Source: Monocercomonoides exilis PA203 (Eukaryota > Protista > Preaxostyla). From it: a DNA stretch of 64,000 bases. The translations under genes and the position numbers were made by a program. Positions 51,017 to 61,599 of this stretch are shown here, piece by piece; the stretch's first letter is position 1, and every line of letters starts with the position of its first letter. Location: positions 186,001-250,000 of the forward strand of contig LSRY02000059.1 in the NCBI GenBank assembly GCA_001643675.2, given 5' to 3'. The notes under the pieces are model-generated. The model was not told the origin of the DNA. It searched no databases and worked only from the letters and a program-made list of their open reading frames with translations.

Positions 51017-54000
51017 TTACAATCCTAGTGCATCTTTAACAACCTGGATTCCAACCTCAGAGAAGCAAGCTATTTTCGATCTGCATTTCACATCCACTTT
51101 TGACTCAGCAGGAACCAATTTGCAATGAAGCAGGACAGTCGCATCTGAAGTGGGATCAGGTCCAAGTGCAATGGAGTGTCCAACCATGTTGGCAGCCAAG
51201 ATGCACTCGTTTCCTCTCACATCGACTGAATGGAAGCCCATCGAAGCAAATGTCATCGATGCCTGGGAAGGTGTAACTGCCTGAGCGCTGCTGCCCATCT
51301 TCCTTGCAAGTGCTGCAAATGGCACGTGAAGTGCCTTTTCTGCTTTTCTTTGCCCCCATCCAGCGCCAAACTGTCTTGTCTGAATAGGCAATGGATAGAT
51401 GCAGACACGCATTGGGCATTGAATAACAAAGGAGACAGGAGAAGCACGTGATGAAGTAAAAGCAGAAGCAACAGACACTGCTGTGAAGGTGAACGGAATG
51501 GCAAGTGAATTTGGTGAGATTGGAGGCGATGAGACATTTGCGAGTGCAGCTGCTGGAGGAACAGATGCATTGACAGTTACATTGACGACAAATGCAACAC
51601 ATGATGAAACACTGCAAGTTGTGCTGCTTCCATTCTGCAAGTTGAATGTTGATTGATCAGCAAGAGAGATGCTGTTGATTTTCAGGATCTGAGGTGTGCC
51701 TCCCATCAACAATGAAGAAGTTGAGAGTGAAGGTGATGAGACAGTCACGGTCATGTCACTTGCTCCGTTGCTTCCTGTATTTGTGACGAACAGTGCAATC
51801 AGCATTCCTTCATTTGACTGTGCGAATGATGCACTCACATCGCATGGCTGCATGGACGAGGCGTTGATGACCTTTCTTGGCTGAGTTGGTGCAAATGGCT
51901 GAGAGGTCGATGAGCTTGAAGATGGATGAGTGCGGATGTAGTTGCAGAATGAGTTGAACAAATCATTCTCTGTCTTTTGGATTCCTCCTCCCATTCCCAT
52001 AGAAACAGGTGCAGCTGAACTGGAAGATGATGACGATGAACCAAATATGCCGAAATCAAATGCAGATGAAGAGGATGATGATGATGATGATGGAGCAGCT
52101 GATGTTGATGGTGATGACATCTGAGCACCAAACATTGCAAATATGTCGTTTTGAGCTGTGCTTGCAGCTGGTGCAGACGGACGTTGTTGAACAGGAGAAG
52201 CAGCAGGCGATGCAGCAGGTGAGGCAGAAGCAGAGCCAAATATGCTGAAATCAATCAATGGCCCGTCAGCTGATTGTGTCTTTGGTGCTGCTTGTTGTGT
52301 TCTGGTGAACACAGGAGAGCTCTTTGGAGGTGAAGCAACAGGAACTGATGAATCGTCTCCTTCAACATCCATCCCTGCAAACATGTCGTCTTCTTCATCT
52401 TCATCGCTGGACTCTGGTGGAGGAGCAGCTTTAGCAGCAGCCACTGCAGCGGCGGCTGCGGCAGCTTGTTTCGCACGAGCAAGACGGCTCTTGACACCAA
52501 CATTTGTTGGCTGTGCAGGTGCTCCAAAGTCGAAGTCTGATCCTGAACCTCCGAAAAGAAGAGAGGCCTCCTTCATCTGTTTCTGAATGCGCTTTGGTTT
52601 TGCTGGTGCAGGTGCTGCTTCTTGTTGCGATGGCATTGATTGTTCAGGAGAAGAGCTTGCAGAGACATCGTCTGCATCTGGTGAAGGTGCTGATGATGCT
52701 GCTGCTTCTGTTCTCTTTCTTCCCCATCTTCGAGGGCCATCGCCAAGATCCAGTCTCTCAATCTCCATCGGATCAATAGTCTCTGGTGTGTCTGCTTCAA
52801 CAGAAGATGGCTCAGGTGAGCTCGATGCCAGAGGCTGTTGTTGATCCTGTCCCAATTTCAATGCTTCCTCGGGTGTCATATACGCATCCACTTTCAAGGA
52901 ACTTCCCTTGTTGCGTGAGCCATATGCAACTGGAAGGGGTTGTGCAGCAGAATTCATAGCTGCGTTTTGCTTTAAGAAATCTCCTGCGGCAAAGTTGAAT
53001 ATGCCATCTGGAAGCATAGCAGTTGGAATAGAAGCATCTTGTCTTCCTCCTTTTCCTGCAGGAGTGTCCAATGCCAGCACAAGACACTCGTATCCTCTCT
53101 CACTCTTGTCCAAATAGCTCTTCATTGAAGGATCACCAATTTTCGCTTGGGCAATGATGTCATTGAGGAATGAGAGGTTCTCATCAACAGCAACATCCTC
53201 GGTTGCTCCACCGGGTGGGAATGCAATCACAAGAGGAGCATTATTTGGATCAGATTGATCGTTCAGGTTGTACAGGGAAATCAGATTGCAGCATAATTCC
53301 TGGACAACAACATCGCGTGAACGAGTGTATTTCTTGATGATTTTGCGGACATGAGGAGTCACAACATCATCTCCTGTCTGTCCCAACGAAGCCTTTCTGG
53401 CAGCAACCTTGGAAAGTGCAATGAATGCAGCTTGTCTTGCAAGTGTGGGCATATCTGGGTGGCGTTCAATGAGATGGCAAAGGATCTCATCATCACAGGT
53501 ACCAGATGCACATGATGGTAACTTCGCATACAATTGGTGCAGAGATGGGAAGCCAGCATTCTGCTCAATGATTCCTTCACTGTTCACATCATCATCCTCT
53601 TCCTCTTCTTCATCAAAGATGTCAAAGAAGTTTTTGATAGTCGAAGAAACATCGTCTTCTTCTTGTTCTCCGCGTTCTTCTGCTTCCTTGCGAGCATTTT
53701 CTCTATCTGCTTTCACTTTCGATGATGGATATTCATCCTCATAAGGAACGTCTCCTCCAAACTCTCCAATCACCCAAACAATCACTCGGAGCAACAGATA
53801 TGGAATAACCTGCCTTTTTGCCAATCTTCTGAAAATGGTAACAGCATAACGACGCATTTCTCTGTCGCCTCCTGTGCCAAATGCTTCTGTCACCCAAGAT
53901 CTCAAAGGCAGACCAGCCAGAGACGATGGATCATTGTATGTCTCTTCCACTGCGCTGTCTCCAGTATCTTCTCCAACCTCATCACCTGTGCCTTCGCCAA

Positions 54001-55834
54001 TCAGCGAGAGAACGTTGTCTGCTGTGCTGACTGGAACTTCATCTCCACCAACAACAAGAAGACGAGTGATTGTCTTCACAAACCACACATTTGATGGTGA
54101 CAGACGCTCAGCAAGTGATGCCACATTGTGCATCATGTTCAGTCGATGTGGATCGCTCACGTGTGTTCTTCTCAAAGTGATCAAAAGAGGCTTCTGCTTT
54201 TTCTTTTCTTCTTCGCCTTCTTCCTCTTCCTCTTCGTTTGTTGTTCCAGCTTTCTGTGTTCTTGGTGCCTTTTGCGTTGAACCTTCTTCGAGTGCATTCA
54301 GCAGACGCTCCACAACTGCCTCAACATTTGCAGCGTTCGACAGCTTAACCAACAAATCCAATGTAATTCTTCGGATTGCTTCATCTTTGTCGTCCAGACT
54401 CTTCAGCAGAAGCATTGCATATCGCGAAATGGCGCGTGGATCGACTTTGCACAGATGCAAAAGCGATGAGATACCAATATAGCGACGAATGCTCTCAGGT
54501 GCACTGAGAAGGGGTGATACAGCCTCAGATGCCAGTTGCAAAAGAGTGGGAGATGGATACAAATTCGAAAGTGTTCTGATTGCTTCATACACAATTGCTA
54601 AATACCACAGCATAAAAAATCACAATGTTTTCAAAAAAAAAAAAAAAATAAAAATAAAAAATAACATGTTAATTTTGTTAATCGCTTATTTAAAGAACAA
54701 TCAAGTTCGAACCTATTCCAATATCGCTGTCAACTGCTTGATTCTTCAGAACCAGAGCAATTATTGGATACAGTTGTTCGCTTGTTTTTTGATCATTTTT
54801 ACCCAATACAGCAAAGAATTTCAGCAATTTCAACTGAATCCAAGGTGCAGGAATTCCGCGATAAAGATATGCCTTTCCGAGACGATTTTCCAAAACCTGA
54901 GTGTAAATTTTCTTGAATGTCTCAACTGAATTGCGGAACAATCCGACATTACGGCGAGTAATATCTGTGCACAGCGGAAGTGTTGCTGCCATCACTGATG
55001 GGTCAACATCGCATATCAGTGTTTTTGTAATTTCAATAACATTAGGAAGATCATCTGGACTTTTCAAGAAAATTCGATGAACAAAAATTGCACATTTTCT
55101 ACGAACGAGTGGCCTAAATATTCAAAAATGAATTGAATAATATCAACGAATGAAGAAAAAAGAATTGAAATTAAGCGAGATTAACAACTTTATAATCATA
55201 CATTTGGAATACCAACAAATCTGGAATGAAAGGTTTCAAGACAGAAATTGCATCCTGTGTAATAACTCTGCAAACTGATGTAAGTGCAGAAACAATTGCT
55301 AAAAAGTGTGTCTTTTCCAGAAGATCCTTTCGATAACTGTTAAGAACCATGATCATTAATTCATGATCTTCGTGCAACAAAAGTGAAACAGCGTTATAAC
55401 CTAAATGGAAAAAATCGTAATATGATTCTAGAATTATATCTGAGATATAACAAACCAGCATATTTATTGTACAAATTGTTTTGCTGTGTCATTTTAATAG
55501 CTGCAATATGAAATGCTGACACATCATAACCAAGCATTTCACAATAGATCATGCGCAATAAAAATTCTCGCATATTCTTGTGATTCAAATCCAACTTGGG
55601 GAAATCAACTTTCATCTGTTCGGCCTCCCTTTTGATGATTTGGTGTTCGGCCAAACGAGATGTTGATTCTCCAAGTGTTCGTACAAAATCGAAAAATGCC
55701 GATGATGGCTTATAAGCTACATAAATTCAAATGTTTTTAGTTGTAAATAGGGCTAAATGCTTTTGCCAATAACTCAAACCTTGCTTTGATCCACTAAACA
55801 TTGATCGAAACACTTCTATAATGGAAAGCCCCAT
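51017..55834 (-). CDS. AP4E1: AP-4 adaptor complex subunit epsilon, multi-exon
   Basis: FFDFVRTLGE, LRMIYCEMLGYD, GYNAVSLLLHEDHELMIMVLNSYRKDL, YRGIPAPWIQLKLLK, VDENLSFLN; long hinge and appendage region. Confidence 0.9.
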
Positions 55835-55885
55835 TTTATGATAGTTATTCAACATTGAAACATTAATAAACACTATAGATAGTAC
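55835..55885. promoter_or_regulatory. Putative minimal bidirectional promoter/5'UTR region
   Basis: Only 51 bp between the divergent inferred ATGs at 55834 (-) and 55886 (+). Confidence 0.5.
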
Positions 55886-57822
55886 ATGGTTCGAATTGCA
55901 ATAGTTGGGTGTACTGGTATGAATTTAAACAATTTTGTGCTTTGTAATTTGGATTTCATGTTTGAATAATTTTTGGAACGAAACAATATTTTTATCAACT
56001 CGATTTCTTGTTCTTCTAAAACTAATTAGGTGTTGGAAAATCATCTTTGATTCTCCAGTTAATGGGAAATACATGGGAGCCAACACATTTTCAAACTGTT
56101 CTTTCGGAAGGTTTGAGATTTACTAAATTTTTTCACTTTTATCTTTTTTGCATCTGTATTGTTTATATTCTATAATTTGACAAAAAATCCTTTTAAATGT
56201 GTACCAAACTGCTTCATACGTTTTGTAAAGCATATATTTTGAATTATGTGTTCGGAGGAGAAACAATAAGACTTGAGATAGAGGATACAAAAGGATTTGA
56301 TACAACAGATAGGAGGGAACCACTTGTTGATGAGCATAGTCAATCAGCTGAGCTTCGTATGTTTTCGTTCTTTTTAGTAATTCAATTTTTTAATGTTGTC
56401 TGATATTTTTACAGTTGATGTTGTTAGACAGGCATACATTGTTGTTTATGACATGTGCGATAGAAGAACATTTGAAGAAGTTTGCCTCTGAACTAATTGT
56501 TATTTTCGTTAATCTTTTGGGGGGATTTTATTTTATGAATAGTGTCGAGACATTATGCCACGTATTCAACAAAATTTTATGGATTTCCATATTCCAGTCA
56601 TAGGGATGGTTGTGGCAAACAAATCAGGTTTAATTTTTATTGAGCGTGATGAAGTTGCTTGTTCATTCATCTGTTTTAAAAATCAAATTAGATGTTGCTG
56701 ATAGAAGAGTTGTATCAGACGATGAGGGTCAAAGACTTGCAGCTCAATATGGATATAAATACACAACAACTTCAGCTCGTCTCAACAGAGGAATAAAAGA
56801 GGTTTGTTTTTGTTTTTATTATTATTAGAAATTATCAATTATGTTTTATTTCTTTTTATTGTTTATCATTTATTTTATCTCTTTGAAAATAACTCATCAT
56901 TTTGTATTCAAATTCAAACAAACAAATAACGAATATCTGAAATGAAAAAGCTTTTTGATCATGTCATTCAATTAATATGTTCAACATTCCGTCCATACAC
57001 CATAAAAGAGCTAGAAAAGGTTTGTTAGCTTTCTGTTTTATACATTTCGAGGGATTGTTATCAAATTAATCGAATTCTTTTCAGTTTGGCTCAAATCAAA
57101 TTCCAGCAGTTCAAAGAGCAGGATGGATCGAAAAGAAAGGCTTTTTCGGATTTTACAGAAAGAGATATGCGATGCTATGTGGCCGTGTGCTATTTCTCTA
57201 CAAATCTCAATCGGTTTGTTTCAACTCCAACTTCTCTCATAATCTGAAAAATTAAATCTTATTGTTTCATGTTCATAACAAATAAATGAATTTTTTAATT
57301 TTTTGTCTCATTTCGATCAAATCTTCAATTCATCTTCAGGAATCATCGCCATCGTCAGTCCATCCGCTGCGTGGTGCACAGATAACACGGGAAACCACCT
57401 CAAATGCCCCATGTCTGCGCATCGAGATCAAGTCACGCAAAAATGCCTCTGCTGCTCCTGTTGCAGCCTCCTCTTCGTCCAGCTCCGACGGCGGGGTGAC
57501 TGTTGTCTCGTCGTCCAATGCAGCGCTGGCAACCCTCCCGACATATTCTGTCGTCCTCCGCTTCGCCTCCTTCCGCGACATGGTCGAGTGGGAGCGGGAG
57601 CTGCTGGCCACGTCATATCGCTCTATCACCTTCGACTTCTTCATCCACCTTGTCCCCTCAAACTTCGGGTTCCCCACTCCTCTTTCTCCGCCAAAGGGCT
57701 TCTGTCTGAAGTGGAAGGAGAGGCACAGCACATACCCGACACTCTCTTCTGCTTCGTCTTCGACTCAGCCCTCGCCATCCGTTGCCCCTTCGGACGCTGA
57801 CGAGACACTTCGCATCTGGTGA
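55886..57822 (+). CDS. Ras-superfamily small GTPase fused to a C-terminal PH domain, multi-exon
   Basis: Spliced G1 IAIVGCTGVGKSS, G3 IEDTKGF, YIVVYD, G4 VANKSD, G5 TSAR; then PH motifs RAGWIEKKGFFGFYRKRYAML-CGRVLFLYKS, HPLRGAQI, LRFASFRDMVEWERELL. No CaaX. Confidence 0.85.
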
Positions 57823-58466
57823 GCTAACGTTGATGTGCAGTTGGCCTTGGCTAATTTGTTGCTGTATTATTTTTTGTTTTTTTTTTTTGTTTTTTGTTTC
57901 ATTACCTTATGCTTTCGTTGAATAGTTTCTACAGCCATATGTCGTTTGGTTAATTCCATTTGGAAGACAGCAAAGTTGTATTTTCAACTATTTCATTGGA
58001 GAGACCTTTGTTTTGGTGATGCTCTTCTGCAATTAATGTATAGCTCTTGCATGTCGCTAACTCCTTTCTTCACCTTTATGTTTTTGGCCACTTATTTCTC
58101 CTTGAGACTCTTTTTTGTTCCAATTTTTCATTTCCAACTTTTTTGAATCATGTCAGACTTATTTTTTTATGTAATCTGACGTTATATGCTTTGTACTGAA
58201 GTATTTTTCTTTAACAACGGATAAGAGAAACATTTTTTTTTTCTTGAATTTCATTTTATTCAACAGTCGATAAGAATTATAATGAGAAAAAAAATTTTAT
58301 GCTTACAGCTTGTAATCTTATTTATGAAAAACTGAGAACATGTCTGAATTCAGACAGTTAAAATTAAATTCACAGAATAAAAAACAGCCAAAAATAAAAT
58401 CAAACAGATAAAAAATAATCCCTCAATAAGAATATTATAAGTTCAGTTTTTCAAATATCAAACAGC

Positions 58467-59654
58467 TTAGTCTTTCTTAATTGGTGGATTTTGTGCCTTG
58501 AATTGATTCATGAATTCTCTCAGCATCTTAAGTCCATCAACAGTCATCGCATTGTACATGGAAACGCGGACACCTCCAAGATCACGATATCCCTTCAGGT
58601 TCACCAAACCCAATTTTGTTGCCTCTGCAACAAACTTGAGCTCATGCGGTGTCATCTTATCTTTATCTGGTTCGCCTCCTGCGATGCAATGAAGAGGAAC
58701 ATTCATTCTTGATTGGAATCGTGGATCCTTGACCAAAACTTCATAGTATCCATCGCTTTGAGCAACTGTTTCATAAAGAATCTTAGCTTTTTCTTCATTT
58801 TGTGCCTGAACCGCTTCCAATCCACCATGTTTCAAAATATAATCGAAGTACAAACCGCAGATATACACAGCGTATGTTGGGGGAGTGTTCAGCATTGAGT
58901 CCTTAGCCGCTTGCTTCTTGAAATTGATTGCTGATGGGCAGAATGGAAGAGAACGATCAAGGAGATCTTTTCTCACAATAACAATTGTTGCACCTGCAGG
59001 TCCAGCATTCTTCTGTGCTCCTGCATAAATAACGCCAAACTTGCTAACATCAATTGGGCGAGACAAGAAGTCAGAGCTCATATCGCACACAACAGTTGTT
59101 CCTTCTGGGAACTCTGGAAGAGTGTTAAATGTGAGCCCGCGAATAGTCTCGTTTGTTGTGTAATGAACATAGGCTGCGTTTGGTGAGAGTTTCCAAGTTG
59201 ACTGATCTGGGATAGTGACATATCCCTCTGCTGTCTTTGCATCGCAAGCAATGTTCACGGTGCAGAATTCGCTGAACATTTTAGCTTCATCTGCTGCTTT
59301 CTTTGACCAATCTCCAGTAATTACGTAATCAATGACTGGCTTCTCTGTTTGGCCTGGAACTTTGATCAAGTTCATCAGAACACCAGAGAACATCATGGTG
59401 GCACCTCCTTGCAAAAAGAGGATATCATAATTGTCTGGAATTTTCAATAATTCTTTCAAGGACTTTTGGGCGCGAGTGAAAATGTCAATATAGACTTTTG
59501 AGCGATGGCTCATTTCCATGACAGATTGGCCAGAGCCCTTGTAGTTCATCATTTCATCGCGTGCTGTTTCCAACACCTCATCAGGGAGAGTTGCAGGACC
59601 AGCAGAGAAGTTATATGAACGTCCGTATGGTTTTTCAACTTTTGTCAAACTCAT
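58467..59654 (-). CDS. serC: Phosphoserine aminotransferase
   Basis: NFSAGPA, SVMEMSHRS, FLQGGAT, NETIRG, DMSSDFLSRPIDVSKFGVIYAGAQKNAGPAG (PLP Lys), SMLNTPP, RSRMNV-like QSRMNVP, GGVRVSMYNA; intronless. Confidence 0.97.
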   Translation of the reverse strand: MSLTKVEKPYGRSYNFSAGPATLPDEVLETARDEMMNYKGSGQSVMEMSHRSKVYIDIFTRAQKSLKELLKIPDNYDILFLQGGATMMFSGVLMNLIKVPGQTEKPVIDYVITGDWSKKAADEAKMFSEFCTVNIACDAKTAEGYVTIPDQSTWKLSPNAAYVHYTTNETIRGLTFNTLPEFPEGTTVVCDMSSDFLSRPIDVSKFGVIYAGAQKNAGPAGATIVIVRKDLLDRSLPFCPSAINFKKQAAKDSMLNTPPTYAVYICGLYFDYILKHGGLEAVQAQNEEKAKILYETVAQSDGYYEVLVKDPRFQSRMNVPLHCIAGGEPDKDKMTPHELKFVAEATKLGLVNLKGYRDLGGVRVSMYNAMTVDGLKMLREFMNQFKAQNPPIKKD

Positions 59655-59842
59655 TTCTTTTTGTTCTCAACGATCAATCACGCCCATACTTCCTTTTCAT
59701 CGATTTTCATTCAATTTTGAATGCCATTTTTTTTTTTTGAAAATAACAACTTGTTCCATATTTTTCCAACAATCATATCAGTTTGTGGGCAGATAACGAT
59801 ACGAAAAAAAAATATTCGTTTTTCATGTTTTTATTTTTATTA

Positions 59843-59847
<5 letters not shown>

Positions 59848-59883
<36 letters not shown>
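59848..59883 (+). repeat. (ATT)n microsatellite
   Basis: About 12 ATT units upstream of serC. Confidence 0.85.
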
Positions 59884-60542
59884 TTTATTTTTTTTTTTTT
59901 TGCTGTTTGACATCATTCAGTTTGTTTTAATCACATGGTATTTGCCTCAACAAAGCCAAAAAGAAAGACAAAAAATTGAAATGAATTGTTTTTATTTGAA
60001 CTGATTGAGTCAATGTTGATTGAATAACTTCTGGGAGAATGATCATATTTTTTGATTGTTTTTCGACTCTAAGTTGTCAAAAGATTTCTATAAAACTATG
60101 CATTTCAAATGTATTTGTATCAATATATTTGTGATTTCTTCTTTAAAAGAGAAATTTCAGCTAAGCATGTGTTACACTAAAGAAAAATTGTGCTTGTGGT
60201 TGTCAGTGATAAAACAGAAATGTCAGTAGATAATTTCACTTTTTATTTAAGTGTTTTATTTTTCATATTCTTTTCAATTTTATTTTATATTGTTTCTTGA
60301 CAAAATATTTATAAATATTGTCATTAATACTAAATTTATAATTTTTTTGAGTGACAATTTTTGATTAATTTAAATAACTTGAATGAATTATAAATTTATT
60401 TTCGAATTTGCAATTATTGATTTTTGAGTTTCATAAAAACAATTTTTAAAAAAAAATGAAAAAGGAATACTATTGAAAACGATCTGCCCATCGAAATTCT
60501 TATTATCCAAACAGAAAATTGCTGAACTTATGTTTTTTCATT

Positions 60543-60784
60543 TGGGTAATTATTTTTGAAAAGTCGCAAATGTTTAATTCTCATATTAATCAAAAATTAC
60601 ATATCTTGATCAAATTTCGGTTCCCGCTCATGCAACTTTTCCAAAGCGGAGGATATAATTTGTCAATGCTATTTAACACATTCCTGTGAAGTTGCATGAG
60701 CGGGAACCGAAATTTGATCAAGATATGTAATTTTTGATTAATTTGAAAATTAAACATTTGCGACTTTTCAAAAATTATAACCCA
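60543..60784. repeat. Long inverted repeat (foldback): 96-bp arms, 50-bp spacer
   Basis: 60543-60638 is the reverse complement of 60689-60784 with 4 mismatches; the inner 54 bp are perfect. Confidence 0.95.
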
Positions 60785-61599
60785 TTTAGCAATAAAAAAA
60801 ATATGTGACATTGTTTTTGTATCATATTTAGAAAGCTAATTCGTTGCAATCAACACACTGGAAAAGTGTGTGAATACTTCTATCGTATTTTTATATTGAT
60901 CTTCAAATTAGAAGAGTCATTCATGAAAGTTTGTTTTTTTTTTTTACAAATTTGAATTAACCTCGAGACAGCTTGGAATTTGCGTGCTATTGATCAAATG
61001 CAAATCGCTCGAATTTTTATATTCCGAAATTCTTGTAATTTAATAATCAAAAAGTTCTTTATTGAATTTGAAATAGCAATATCTGAATTTTTTTTTAAAA
61101 TTTCTAATTTTAAATAATAATTGTTAAAGAGAATGAAAGTGTGAAAAACTGTAAAACCCAGTTAATGTTTCAATGAATAAAGATTAATCGAACAGTTCTT
61201 TTATTTGTTGTGAATTTTTAACTTTACAACTTTTTTTCCATTTTAACATCATTGAAACTATTGTTGTTTTAACTTCATTCAGAAAAATGAACTATATTTT
61301 TGCTTTCAATTGAAATAGGAAAAATACTTAAAGAATGAGAAAGTATGTTTCTTTTAATTGATCTTCTATAAAGATGTTTATTTTATCGAACATTTTCAAG
61401 TTAGTCGGATAATTGTAAAAGAAGAATTGCATTCGCAATATAAAAAGAATATGAAAAATATGAGAAACAGATGATGATTTTATTAAACCTGTGATGTTTG
61501 AGATTTGAGTTGAAACAGTGAAGAATTAAATTATAAAGATTATATCTTTATCATTATCTTTTTATTATCATTGTAAAACTTATCATAAATTTATCGCAG

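Noticed and set aside
3368-57822. Functional cluster of endomembrane genes (GILT, HID1, AP-4 epsilon, GTPase-PH)
   Set aside because: Interspersed with unrelated housekeeping genes; only the AP4E/GTPase pair is notably close.
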